DNA of 64,000 nt, taken from NCBI GenBank assembly GCA_963749445.1, contig CAVVMJ010000004.1:16483-80482 (forward strand), written 5' to 3'. Made by a program: the position numbers and the translations under genes. The first letter of the stretch is position 1, and every line of letters begins with the position of its first letter. This DNA comes from an uncultured bacterium. Its GTDB lineage: Bacteria; Patescibacteriota; Doudnabacteria; UBA920. The notes beneath the pieces were generated by a model that was given only the letters and a program-made list of their open reading frames with translations, had not been told where the DNA came from and ran no database searches. Below, piece after piece: positions 18,779 through 28,418 of the stretch.

Positions 18779-20623
18779 ATGGACCAACAACCATCCGCCA
18801 ACAATCAAATCCCCAAAACCAGCGAAGCGCCTTTTGTGCAGAAAACTTTGGGTCAGGGCCAGATGCCCGCTGCACCGCAGGCACTTTCAGTTGCTTCGCG
18901 GTCAGGCGGTCTGGGGGGATTTTACCGCGAAAACCGCTGGTACATTTGGGCGATTGTCGTCGGGGTGGTTATTATCGGCGTGCTGTCGTATTTCGCCTTC
19001 CGTAAAACTCCGGCCCTAGCCCCCAAAGATGCCAACGTTAGTATTTCCGTGGATGTGCCCCAAACCGCGCCGGCCGGCGGCCAGGCGATTTATAAAATCA
19101 AAGTGGAAAACGACGACCCCCAGCCATTGATCGGTTTGTCGCTGGAACTCACGTATGCCGACGGCGTAACATTTGTCAGCAGCAGTCCCAATCCGCAAAA
19201 TTTGTCCGGCACGCTGTTTACGGTTCCCGATTTGACGTCCGGGCAAAACGCGGTGGTTATAGTTAAAACCCAGGTGGCCGGCAACGTCAACGATACCAAA
19301 AATCTTTTAATTAAGCTGCATTACAAATACAGCAATTTTAATTCAGAATTCATCAAGCAACAAACGGTAACTATCCGCCTGACCGCTTCGGACGTCACGC
19401 TGGACGTTAACGGGCCAGCCACCACCAATAACGCGCAAATCGCGGTTTATACCGTGAGGTACCAGAACAATTCGCAAAACGCGATTTCCGGCGCGCGCGT
19501 GCAGTTAAACTTTCCGGACGGGTTTTCTTTTGCCACGGCCCAGCCGCCGCCGGACTCCAACAACAACATTTGGAATGTGGACAGCTTGGCCCCCGGGGCA
19601 TCGGGCACTATTTCCATTCAGGGCTCCTTTGCTTCGGCCAATCCGGGTGAAGGCAAAACCGTGTCCGCTGACTTTTTAATCTTGGGGCAAGACGGTCAGT
19701 ACTTTACCCAAAACAGCGGCAGTTTTACCACCACTTTGGCGAGTTTGCCGCTGCTGCGTGAGCCAGGAAATAGCCAACTTAAACGGCAACGATGTGGTTA
19801 ACCCCGGTGATACCCTGAGGTTTAACATCAAATACCAGAATAATTCCAGCGTGGTGGCCAATGGCGTGAATATTCTTTTGACTTTAAATTCCAAAGCCGT
19901 GGATTTCGGCACGGCCCAAGCCGAAGGCGGCCAGGTAAGCAACAATACTATTTTGTGGAACGCTTCCTCCGTGTCCAACTTGGCCAGTTTGAACCCCAGC
20001 GATTCCGGTCAGTTGAATTTTTCCGTCAGGTTGAAAAATCCGGCCACGCGCGATTCATCCAAAAATTTAACCGTGGTCAGCGACATTAAAATTAAATCAA
20101 ACGAGTACGATGCTTATTTTCCGGGCAATGAGCTGACGTTAAAGATTGCCGGGCCGGTGAGTTTGACCTCGGCTTTAAATTACCAAAGCGGCCAGATGCC
20201 GCCCAGGTCGGCAAGCCGACGCTTTATACCGCAATTTTTACTTTAACCAATACTACCGACGATTTTACCGGCGGCACTTTAATGGCGTTTATTCCTCTGG
20301 GCGCCGGCGGTTTTGTGGCCGGCAGCGTCAATTCCGCGGAAGCCGGCCGGGCGCAGTTTGACCCCTCCACCAACAAACTTACCTGGCAGGTCGGGCCGCT
20401 TCCGGCGCACAGCGGCCAGTTTAGCGCGGCAAGGACGCTGCAGTTCGGCATCAGATCGCTTCCTTCGGCCTCGCAGGCCGGAACCAACCCCAGCTTAATT
20501 ACCAACATCCGATTCAGCGCCACCGACACTTTTACCAACCAAACCGTCAGCGCTTCGGCTGACGACCTGACCACTTACAGCGCCTCGGGGCAAGCCGGCC
20601 AAAACGGCACGGTGCAGAATTAA
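18779..20623 (+). CDS. Large cell-surface protein with tandem DUF11-type beta-sandwich repeats, split into 3 ORFs by frameshifts
   Basis: N-terminal TM (WYIWAIVVGVVIIGVLSYFAF). Repeats such as IYKIKVENDD...LELTYADGVTFVSSSP, YTVRYQNNSQNAISGARVQLNFPDGFSF and FNIKYQNNSSVVANGVNILLTL match the DUF11 'conserved repeat domain' pattern. Confidence 0.6.
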
Positions 20624-20723
20624 GTATGTATAATGTATAATGAATAAGGATGAAACCCGGCATATTGTTATCAAGGATTGAAAATAGTTATCTGAACAGA
20701 TCGTCAAAACAGATCGTCAAATT

Positions 20724-20754
20724 TAAAACCTCGGGCTGGCCGAGGTTTTGTTTT
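20724..20754 (+). terminator. Rho-independent terminator after the DUF11 surface-protein gene
   Basis: AAAACCTCGGGCTGGCCGAGGTTTTGTTTTT (stem AACCTCGG/CCGAGGTT plus a T-run). Further hairpins lie at 20766-20790 and 20822-20846. Confidence 0.6.
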
Positions 20755-20862
20755 TAGAATAGCTGATGACTTTCCGGGGAAAGTCATCAACCTCTCCTGC
20801 CCTTCGGATGCACTCGGGCACCCTCCCCATATCTTGGGGAGGGGGATAATGTTGCTGCGCGC

Positions 20863-22065
20863 TTAGGGATAAATATACCCGTGGATGGCCGGGTCGTTGG
20901 CGGAGAGCGTGCGGGTGTCAACGCGGTTATAGTGGTCGTAGTTCATTTCGGAAATAGTGATGGTGCCGTCGCCGTTAACCGACTCCACGTAGCCCACGTG
21001 GCCGTAGCGCCCGTAATATTCTCCCGGCGCGTTGGTAAATACCACCGCGGCGTGCGCGGCCGGCTCCGAGCCGGTAACGTAACCGCTGGCACGGGCATTG
21101 GCCAGCCAGTTTTTGGCGTTGCCGCCGAAAGTAATTTTCATGCGGCTGGCCACGTAATAGGTGCAGTAGCCGATGGGGAAGTAGTGGTTGTCGCCGTCGT
21201 AGCCGCTGCTGATGCTGGTGACAATGTCCGGGCTGCCTCCGGATGCGCCCGATTTGGCTTTGGGCGTTTTGGGCGGCGCGGGCGGGGTCGGCGCCGTGGC
21301 CAGCACGCCGTCGGGGATGAACAAATAGTCGCCGGGGTTGATGTCTTCGGCGCTGTCCAGGCCGTTGTAGGAAATAATCGTTTCCAATAATTGGGCGGCC
21401 GAGGCATCCCGCGCTTTTTTGTCGCTGCTGTATTTTAACGGATTATATTTGGCGGCCAAGTCCGGCAGGGTGGTATTGCTGTCGGCGGTTACCGCGACGC
21501 CGTTGGCCGGCGGAATAATCAAATCCCAGTCCGGCTGTATTGTGTCCGACGTAAGCGCGGGGTTGCTCCAGAGAATGCTGTTGACCGAAATGCCGTTTGC
21601 GGCCGCGATGCTTTTTAGGCTGTCGCCCGGCCGGGTGGTGTAAACTTTTTTGGCGACGTTGGTAACCATGGCCTTGATGCTGTCGGGGCTGGGCGCGGCA
21701 ATGCCGTTGTCGGTAAAGGTCGCGCTAAAGCCGTTTGCGGAAGAATCGGGAACGGCGGACGGGTCCAAACCGGCAAAATCATCGGCCTGGACCCGCTCAA
21801 TCAGGCTGGTGGCCGTGAACATGGTAATCGTGGCGCTGTTCTTGGCGGCAAGTTTACTGTTCAAATATTGGTGTTTGGACAATAAATCTGCGGCAAAGCT
21901 TTGGTCGTTAAAATATTGCGAGCTGCCAAAACCGAAAAAGTGCAGGTTCATAATGGCGACACCCAGAGCCAGGATCAAAATGAGCAGCTCGCCGGAAAAC
22001 TTCATGGCAAAATCAAAAATATCCAGCCGTTTTAAGTGGGTGGCCGGGAAAGCGTTAACATGCAC
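20863..22065 (-). CDS. Peptidoglycan hydrolase: N-terminal TM, LysM domain(s) and a C-terminal CHAP amidase/peptidase domain
   Basis: LysM YTTRPGDSLKSIAAANGISVNSILWSN. CHAP GYCTYYVASRM...GHVGYVESVNGDGTITISEMNY (catalytic Cys and His context). Confidence 0.75.
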   Translation of the reverse strand: MHVNAFPATHLKRLDIFDFAMKFSGELLILILALGVAIMNLHFFGFGSSQYFNDQSFAADLLSKHQYLNSKLAAKNSATITMFTATSLIERVQADDFAGLDPSAVPDSSANGFSATFTDNGIAAPSPDSIKAMVTNVAKKVYTTRPGDSLKSIAAANGISVNSILWSNPALTSDTIQPDWDLIIPPANGVAVTADSNTTLPDLAAKYNPLKYSSDKKARDASAAQLLETIISYNGLDSAEDINPGDYLFIPDGVLATAPTPPAPPKTPKAKSGASGGSPDIVTSISSGYDGDNHYFPIGYCTYYVASRMKITFGGNAKNWLANARASGYVTGSEPAAHAAVVFTNAPGEYYGRYGHVGYVESVNGDGTITISEMNYDHYNRVDTRTLSANDPAIHGYIYP

Positions 22066-22611
22066 GCGCTTAAAATGCGGAGCGCGTCTTTTGAGGAGAT
22101 AGAGATTTTTTTTAACGTAGTACTGGAAGAAAAAGGCAATCCGGAAAGAAAGTTTTTTTAGCCTGGCCCGCCAGGCGGCAATAGTCGGAATGTTAACTCC
22201 TTACTTGGCGCTTTTTGATAGGCAGATATAAATTTTGGCGCAAAGTAATAATATATAGAGGCGTTTGTCGGCAGTAAAACCCGATTTTTCCCAATAAACC
22301 CAGCACCTTCCTGGGGAGAATTACATCCCGCAGGAAAAGTAACTGTCATACCAATCCTTCCCTGTAGTAAGCTGAAATTTCAGGGAAGGTGCTAGGTAAA
22401 TCCGGCCTTTATCGCTATATATTTTAATATTTCTTTGATGTCTCCCATATAGTTTAGTTGATGCAAAATCCATAAGCAAGGGTTTCATCCACAACCGGCC
22501 GATTTTGCCCATAAGTCCAGTAGGTTTTATTTTCTTGGCTTATTTTAAAGCAAATTTAGCAAAACGAGCTTGCAAAATTTTTTAAACCTGGTATGTGCTA
22601 TAATTTTATTG

Positions 22612-22640
22612 TCCACAGATTCACCGATTCCACAGATGCT
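22612..22640 (+). promoter_or_regulatory. Conserved motif TTGTCCACAGATTCAC(C/T)GATTCCAC upstream of uvrD; a second copy lies at 63963-63991
   Basis: Two near-identical ~29-bp copies. The uvrD upstream region also holds the inverted partner ATCTGTGCATCAGTGGACAA at 22677-22696. Confidence 0.3.
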
Positions 22641-22702
22641 GCAGTTTTAAAATTCTATATCTGTGCATTCAGTGTTATCTGTGCATCAGTGGACAAAGTA
22701 AT

Positions 22703-24958
22703 ATGGATTTATCATCTTTAAACGACAGGCAACAACAGGCAGTCACGGCCCCGCTCGGGCCGGTTTTAGTGCTGGCCGGGCCGGGGAGCGGGAAGACAAA
22801 GACTTTGACCCACCGCATTGCGTATATAATAGAGCAAAAGCTGGTGCGGTCGGAAAATATTCTGGCTTTGACTTTTACCAACAAAGCGGCTAAGGAGATG
22901 CGCGAAAGGGTTAGCGTGTTGCTTGCCCGATATAAATCGGCTGCCGACCCATTCGGCAAGCTCAGGGTCGCCCCGAGTGAGTCGAGGGGCGAAAGTTTAA
23001 CCATGGGTACATTCCATTCCGTTTGCGCCAGATTGCTGCGCAAGGAAATTCCGGCTTTGGGTTATGGTTCAGATTTTGTGATTTTTGACACCGAAGACCA
23101 AAGAAAAGTTTTGCGGGAAATTTGTGATGAGTTGCGTTTGGACAAAAAATTGCCCCCGTCTTTGTTTGCCGCTTTGATCTCCCGCGCTAAAAATCTTTTG
23201 CAAACGCCGGCGGAATTGGATTTGGGCCTGGATAATCCTTTTGCGGAAAAACTTCAGGAAGTTTACGCGCGCTACCAGGATTCTTTGTATAAACAAAACG
23301 CTCTGGATTTTGACGACCTGCTTATGTTAATGGTTAAAATTTTGCAGGGTAGCGACAAAGTCCTGCGCAAATACCAAAAACAGTTCAGTTATATTCTGGT
23401 GGATGAGTATCAGGACACCAACCTTGCCCAATACGCGCTTCTTCAGCTGCTTGGCGAGTATCACCAGCTTTTTGTGGTTGGCGATGATGCGCAGAGCATT
23501 TACGGCTTCCGTGGTTCGGACATCCGCAACATTTTAAACTTTGAAAAGGATTTTCCCGAATGCCAAATCATCAAGCTTGAGCAAAACTATCGTTCCTCGC
23601 AAAACATTTTGGCGGCCGCGCAAAAAGTCATTGAGCTAAACAGCGAGCAAAAACCCAAAACTTTGTGGACGAAAAATTCCTCCGGCGAGAAAGTTATTCT
23701 ATACGGCGCGGAGGACGAACGCGCGGAAGCCGAATTTGTGGCAAAACAAATAATCAGGTTATCTGCCGTAGAGGCACGCCGTGGCGTGCCTTCATCCGAT
23801 GAATTAGAATATGAAACCGATGATAGCCAAGCCGAACCAAAACCTTTTTCTATCCTTGATCGATTTATCAAAGCCAGAAAAATGCAGGGGCAGTATTCAA
23901 CATTGGGCCAAAGCCTTTTGCCGCAACTGCCGTCCAAACATGACAGCCTAAAGGAATTTTGCGTGCTTTACCGCACGCACGCCCAGAGCCGCGCTTTGGA
24001 AGAAGTTTTCATTCAAGCGGCGATCCCGTACCAGATTGTCGGCGGCTTAAAATTTTACGAGCGCAAGGAGATTAAGGACGTGTTGGCTTATTTGCGGCTG
24101 CTCCTAAATTTCCGCGATTTTGTGTCTTTAAAACGCGTCATTAACGAGCCGCCGCGGGGAATTGGGGATAAATCGTACTTAACGATTAGAGATTTCATAT
24201 TGGATTTTAATCAGAGGAATGTTAACGGCGCGGCGTCGGAAAATCGGAAAATCGGAAAATCGGATTCCGACATCCGACTTTCCGACTTCCGAATCGCTTT
24301 GGCAGACGTCCAGCTACCCCCCAAACAATGGCAATCTGCCCAGGATTTTTTTGCCACGCTGGAAGATTTATCCGAACTGCCGAAAACCGCGACTTTGCCC
24401 CAACTGATGAAGGCCATAACCAGGCGTTCGGCTTACGAAAAGTTTTTGCGCGACGGTTCGGAGCAGGGCGAGAGCCGCTGGGAAAACGTGGAAGAGCTGT
24501 GGACCGTGGCCGCCAAGTTTGGCAACTTGCCCTGGCGCGAAGGCGCGCAGGCGCTTTTGGAGGAAGTGGCTTTGCTTTCGGAAATTGATTCCAAGGACGA
24601 ACATCAGGACAGCGTAACCTTAATGACGCTTCACAGCGCCAAGGGTTTGGAATTTGACAACGTGTTTTTCGTGGGGCTGGAAGAGGGGATTTTGCCGCAC
24701 TCGCGCAGTTTGCTGGATCCAAAAGAATTGGCCGAAGAGGTGCGCTTGGCTTACGTCGGGCTCACGCGCGCGCGCAAGCGCTTGTTTTTGGTGTACGCGC
24801 AACATCGCAGGATTTTTGGCAATGTGCAGGCCGGCCGCCCTTCCCGCATTTTGCGCGTTTTGCCCAAAGAAAATTTGCAGCTTTTGGGGGCAGCCAAAGA
24901 AATTTATTTAAATGATGCCGTTGACGGCGGGATTACGGTGGAAGAGATGGAGTATTAA
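22703..24958 (+). CDS. uvrD: UvrD/PcrA-type ATP-dependent DNA helicase (SF1) carrying three separate in-frame palindromic insertions
   Basis: Walker A LAGPGSGKTKTLT, motif II LVDEYQDTN, C-terminal VGLTRARKRLFL. Inserts: family-2 at 22941-22990 (ADPFGKLRVAPSESRG), the GTAG-type hairpin GTAGAGGCACGCCGTGGCGTGCCTTC at 23775-23800, and the CGGAAAATCGG/CCGACTTCCGA palindrome at 24230-24300. Confidence 0.85.
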   Translation: MDLSSLNDRQQQAVTAPLGPVLVLAGPGSGKTKTLTHRIAYIIEQKLVRSENILALTFTNKAAKEMRERVSVLLARYKSAADPFGKLRVAPSESRGESLTMGTFHSVCARLLRKEIPALGYGSDFVIFDTEDQRKVLREICDELRLDKKLPPSLFAALISRAKNLLQTPAELDLGLDNPFAEKLQEVYARYQDSLYKQNALDFDDLLMLMVKILQGSDKVLRKYQKQFSYILVDEYQDTNLAQYALLQLLGEYHQLFVVGDDAQSIYGFRGSDIRNILNFEKDFPECQIIKLEQNYRSSQNILAAAQKVIELNSEQKPKTLWTKNSSGEKVILYGAEDERAEAEFVAKQIIRLSAVEARRGVPSSDELEYETDDSQAEPKPFSILDRFIKARKMQGQYSTLGQSLLPQLPSKHDSLKEFCVLYRTHAQSRALEEVFIQAAIPYQIVGGLKFYERKEIKDVLAYLRLLLNFRDFVSLKRVINEPPRGIGDKSYLTIRDFILDFNQRNVNGAASENRKIGKSDSDIRLSDFRIALADVQLPPKQWQSAQDFFATLEDLSELPKTATLPQLMKAITRRSAYEKFLRDGSEQGESRWENVEELWTVAAKFGNLPWREGAQALLEEVALLSEIDSKDEHQDSVTLMTLHSAKGLEFDNVFFVGLEEGILPHSRSLLDPKELAEEVRLAYVGLTRARKRLFLVYAQHRRIFGNVQAGRPSRILRVLPKENLQLLGAAKEIYLNDAVDGGITVEEMEY

Positions 24959-24960
24959 AA

Positions 24961-25044
24961 AAGCATATAGCAGTTAGCATTTAGCAGATAGGGGTTTTGT
25001 ATTCTCGCCTAAATGCTATATGCTAACTACTAAATGCTAAACCA
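24961..25044. repeat. Family-3 intergenic element (TTAGCATTTAGC-rich imperfect hairpin) between uvrD and rsmA
   Basis: AGCATATAGCAGTTAGCATTTAGCAG...CGCCTAAATGCTATATGCTAACTACTAAATGCTAA. Related copies at 40268-40350 and 47407-47480 occupy the same stop-to-start position. Confidence 0.7.
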
Positions 25045-25989
25045 ATGAATATTGATAAGCTCAAAAATTTACTCCAGCGCTATGGTTTAAAACCCAATTT
25101 TACTTATGGGCAGAATTTTTTGGTTGACGATGATGTGTTGGACGAAATTGTTGAGGCGGCGGAAATCACACCGGCTGACAATATTCTGGAAATCGGTCCG
25201 GGCATTGGGAATTTAACGCGGCTGTTATGCGAACGCGCGGGATTTGTGCTATCCGTGGAAAAAGACCCAAAATTTTTGCCGATATTAAAAGCCGTAAAGA
25301 AAGATCATAAAAATTTCCGTTTTGAAATTGCGGACGCTTTAAAATTTGATTTTTTGAAAGAACTAAATCAGCTGCAGTCATCTCCTCCTAATATAGGAGG
25401 AGTATCCCGCGAAGCGGGGAGAGGTGGTATTTCGGGGGCAGCTACCACCCCGTCCCGACAAGTCGGGACACCCCTCCTGTCCCAGGAGGGGAATACTGTG
25501 TCCTATAAGGTCGCCGCCAACATCCCGTACTACATTACCGGAAAAATTTTGCGGATGTTACTGGCCGCGAAAATTAAACCGACCAGCATTACCATTTTGA
25601 CGCAAAAAGAAGTGGCACAGACCTTGGCGGCTAAGGCGGGGGATTTATCCTTGCTCGCGATTTCCGTTCAGCTTTACGGCGAGCCGCGGTTGGTTAAAAT
25701 CGTGCCGGCAAAAAGTTTTTATCCGCAGCCCAAAGTGGATAGCGCGATTGTGCGGATTGATATCCATCCGAAACCAAAATATAATTTTGCCGATGAAAAA
25801 CAATTCTTCCGTGTTTTGCGCGCCTGCTTTGCCGGCAAAAGAAAACAGCTTCACAACACGTTGAAGAATAATTTGGGTTTGGAAAAAGGACGGGTTGATA
25901 AAATTTTATCAGCCGCCAAAATAAATCCCGCGGCCCGGCCGCAGGAGCTGAGTATTGCGCAGTGGATTGATTTGAGTAAAAAAATTTAA
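25045..25989 (+). CDS. rsmA: 16S rRNA (adenine1518/1519-N6)-dimethyltransferase RsmA/KsgA with an in-frame family-1 palindromic insertion
   Basis: GQNFLVDDDVLDEIV...ILEIGPGIGNLT (SAM-binding). The insert at 25381-25497 encodes SSPPNIGGVSREAGRGGISGAATTPSRQVGTPLLSQEGNT between conserved blocks. Confidence 0.85.
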   Translation: MNIDKLKNLLQRYGLKPNFTYGQNFLVDDDVLDEIVEAAEITPADNILEIGPGIGNLTRLLCERAGFVLSVEKDPKFLPILKAVKKDHKNFRFEIADALKFDFLKELNQLQSSPPNIGGVSREAGRGGISGAATTPSRQVGTPLLSQEGNTVSYKVAANIPYYITGKILRMLLAAKIKPTSITILTQKEVAQTLAAKAGDLSLLAISVQLYGEPRLVKIVPAKSFYPQPKVDSAIVRIDIHPKPKYNFADEKQFFRVLRACFAGKRKQLHNTLKNNLGLEKGRVDKILSAAKINPAARPQELSIAQWIDLSKKI

Positions 25990-25994
25990 AGGGA

Positions 25995-26215
25995 TTGTTG
26001 CGGAGCCTTCTCTCCTTTCATAGGCACTCATCGAGAATGAGGGGAGATGTCCCGAATGCATCTGAGGGACAGAGAGGTGGCTCCCGTTCGGGAACCACCT
26101 CTCTGTCACCGAAAGCGATTTTATCCTTTTGACTTTCGGCGACATCTCCCCTCACCCGCAGTATTGCTTATGAAAGGGGAGAAGGCTCCGCAGTCGTCCT
26201 CGTTTACCAATCAAT
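25995..26215. repeat. Three-tier nested palindrome (~220 bp) between the convergent rsmA and DUF192 genes
   Basis: Outer arms GCGGAGCCTTCTCTCCTTTCAT / ATGAAAGGGGAGAAGGCTCCGC. Middle arms GAGGGGAGATGTC / GACATCTCCCCTC. Core GACAGAGAGGTGGCTCCCGTTCGGGAACCACCTCTCTGTC. Confidence 0.7.
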
Positions 26216-26220
26216 CTAAA

Positions 26221-26739
26221 TCAGTTTCCCAACCGGACCTCATCTCCGGTTTTTATTTTATTCGCGTCGCTCCATCCCGCGTTTACTTCCAGAACTTGAT
26301 CAATCATCGCCGGCGGATAGTAGAGGGTCAACTTATCGCTCAGGGATTTTGGCGCCGGCACGTTTGGCGTGATGCCGATGATTTTGCCGTCGTTTATCCA
26401 AATCAAATCCAAATCAAAATGCATGCGCGGCATCCAGAAGGCGGGTTTGATGCCGTTGCCTCCGCCGGAGGCGGATCCGCCTCCGGCGGAAAAATCAAAC
26501 AGCATACCATCATCGTATGCCATTGATTCGCGATCAGACAACCCCTCTGCCATATCAGCGGATGTCGTGGCAATTTGCACGTTTAAAGTTTGATCGGATA
26601 TTTTTATTTGGTGATTGTAAAGCGAAACTGTTTTATCAGGTACAACAACCGGCGGAGCGGGGGATTGCTTGGCGCAGCCAGCGGCTAAAAGCAAAAACAG
26701 CAGCGGCAAACCGATATGTTTATTTAGAATTTTGACCAT
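26221..26739 (-). CDS. DUF192 (COG1430) family secreted protein with a perfect 30-bp palindrome in frame
   Basis: N-terminal signal/lipobox-like MVKILNKHIGLPLLFLLLAAGC. C-terminal LTLYYPPAMIDQVLEVNAGWSDANKIKTGDEV. The palindrome TCCGCCGGAGGCGGATCCGCCTCCGGCGGA at 26461-26490 encodes SAGGGSASGGG. Confidence 0.55.
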   Translation of the reverse strand: MVKILNKHIGLPLLFLLLAAGCAKQSPAPPVVVPDKTVSLYNHQIKISDQTLNVQIATTSADMAEGLSDRESMAYDDGMLFDFSAGGGSASGGGNGIKPAFWMPRMHFDLDLIWINDGKIIGITPNVPAPKSLSDKLTLYYPPAMIDQVLEVNAGWSDANKIKTGDEVRLGN

Positions 26740-26807
26740 GCTACGCGAGATTTAGCAAAAAAATCCGTATAGCCGTATTCTATCCGTAATCCGTAAAGTT
26801 GGCTATT

Positions 26808-26836
26808 GCAAAATTTCGTGGGATGTGCTATAATAT
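26808..26836 (+). promoter_or_regulatory. Sigma-70-like promoter (TTGCAA, 17-nt spacer, TGCTATAAT) upstream of the 27045 gene cluster
   Basis: TTGCAAAATTTCGTGGGATGTGCTATAAT. The extended -10 TGnTATAAT also occurs at 10913, 18609, 22592 and 31204. Confidence 0.5.
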
Positions 26837-27044
26837 ATATAGAAGTTCGGAAAAGATACAGGAAACCAAAATTTACCCGCCTAAATTTAGCTAACAAAAC
26901 AAGCAAAAAGCTAAATTTTGGCGGGGAACAAATGACAATTGGCAGGGTTTGTTTACGGTTTGGCTCTTATGGGCCAGGCTGATATTTTCTTGGAATAATG
27001 CATTTTTTGGTTCCGTGAAACACAAATAAAATCAAGCAAAGCAA

Positions 27045-27521
27045 ATGAAAACTGACTGGCAGCATCATTACAAGTTTTTTCAGGCGATTGCGGCATTTTT
27101 TGCCCCGATTGTTTTGATCGGAGTCGGAGTTGGACTGACTGTTTTAGTAAGCATTATGCCAGTTCACGCGCAAACTTCAGCTTTTATTCCGAGCGGTGTG
27201 GGAGGAATAATTGCTCCCGGAGCTTGCCCGCCCGCCGGATTAGGGGATTGCGATACCTTAACTTTTACGCCTGACTGCGGGGCGGTAATCGGGATTGTCG
27301 GTCCTTACGGCAGTAATTGGGGATTATACCAATGGGATATGCCGCCGACTGAACCTCCTATAGGCCCTCCTTATGACGAATGGGACGCTTCTTACTTAAC
27401 TAATGGTTTTCCGTACACGCACGCCGGGGAATTTATGGTGGGCTATGCCATACCCAGCCTGGATCCGGAAATTTGTCCTTTGCCAATGCTCATAAGTATC
27501 GGTACCAGTTTATTTAAGTAA
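27045..27521 (+). CDS. Hypothetical Cys/Pro/Gly-rich secreted or membrane-anchored protein (first gene of the T4SS-like cluster)
   Basis: N-terminal TM/signal anchor FFAPIVLIGVGVGLTVLVSIMPVHAQT, then a Cys-containing extracellular region. No family match. Confidence 0.4.
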   Translation: MKTDWQHHYKFFQAIAAFFAPIVLIGVGVGLTVLVSIMPVHAQTSAFIPSGVGGIIAPGACPPAGLGDCDTLTFTPDCGAVIGIVGPYGSNWGLYQWDMPPTEPPIGPPYDEWDASYLTNGFPYTHAGEFMVGYAIPSLDPEICPLPMLISIGTSLFK

Positions 27522-27557
27522 GATGATTGTCCCGTAAGAAAAAATAAAAACAAAAGT

Positions 27558-28418
27558 ATGGACAGCGTAAATTTTCAAAATACTCAAACTCAATCGAGTC
27601 TCCATTTAGGCCATTTTAGTTTGGTGCTCTCGGTGGCGGTTTTGCTTTTGGGGATTTCCTGGATGAAGAATCCGCAGTTGTTTGCGGTTTTGCAATTTCA
27701 CCAAAGCGACGCGCAAACGGCGAGCGCGGACGCGCCGCGTTATTACGCTTACGTTACGCCGCCCGAAGACCAGCCCCAGCCCGCGGTGTTAGGCGCGAGC
27801 ACCAACCAGGGGCCGAGCATTATCCAGGACGACGGCACCGTGGTGCCGGTGGATATGGGCCAGGTTTTGGCCGCCAGCACCCAAGGCGTGGCGCTGTCTT
27901 TGGATGACATTAAAGTCAACCAGGTGCCGGATTCGGACGCGGACGCGCAAACATATTTTACGGCCGCGCAAAAGATTGAAAGCGGCTCCATTGGCGACGC
28001 GACGTTCGGCGCGGCTTTGACCTCGGGCGACCAGAACCAGATTAACCAACAGGCGCAAAAAATAATCGCGGTCCGCGACGCTTTGCAGCAGCTTGCCGTG
28101 CCACAAAGTTTGGTTAAACTGCAAAAATTAAAAATCATCCAATATAATTCTTCCATAAGTCTTTTGCAGAATTTTACCCAGGGCGACAAGAATTCGGATT
28201 TGGTTAACGAAGATATGCAGCAATTTTTAAAAAGCCAGCAGGATTTGGAAGCGGAAAGCGCCGTGGTGGCGCAAAAATATCCGACGCTGGATCCTGACGC
28301 GACTTTGTATGTTAATCCGGACGGCACGCCGACAAATATCCAGTCTGCCGAGGTAACGGCAAGCCAGGATAATTCTTTAACCGGTTCATCTTTAGACGAC
28401 GGCAATGCAGGCCAATAA
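27558..28418 (+). CDS. Hypothetical membrane-anchored extracellular protein (Q/A/D-rich)
   Basis: N-terminal TM HFSLVLSVAVLLLGISWM; the rest is low-complexity and coiled-coil. Confidence 0.4.
   Translation: MDSVNFQNTQTQSSLHLGHFSLVLSVAVLLLGISWMKNPQLFAVLQFHQSDAQTASADAPRYYAYVTPPEDQPQPAVLGASTNQGPSIIQDDGTVVPVDMGQVLAASTQGVALSLDDIKVNQVPDSDADAQTYFTAAQKIESGSIGDATFGAALTSGDQNQINQQAQKIIAVRDALQQLAVPQSLVKLQKLKIIQYNSSISLLQNFTQGDKNSDLVNEDMQQFLKSQQDLEAESAVVAQKYPTLDPDATLYVNPDGTPTNIQSAEVTASQDNSLTGSSLDDGNAGQ

Noticed and set aside
20881-21800. Plus- and minus-strand ORFs (169 aa, 89 aa, 61 aa) overlapping the LysM-CHAP hydrolase gene
   Set aside because: They are Arg/Gly/Ala-rich antisense or out-of-frame artefacts of a GC-rich coding region with no domain signal, whereas the 400-aa minus-strand ORF has clear LysM and CHAP motifs.
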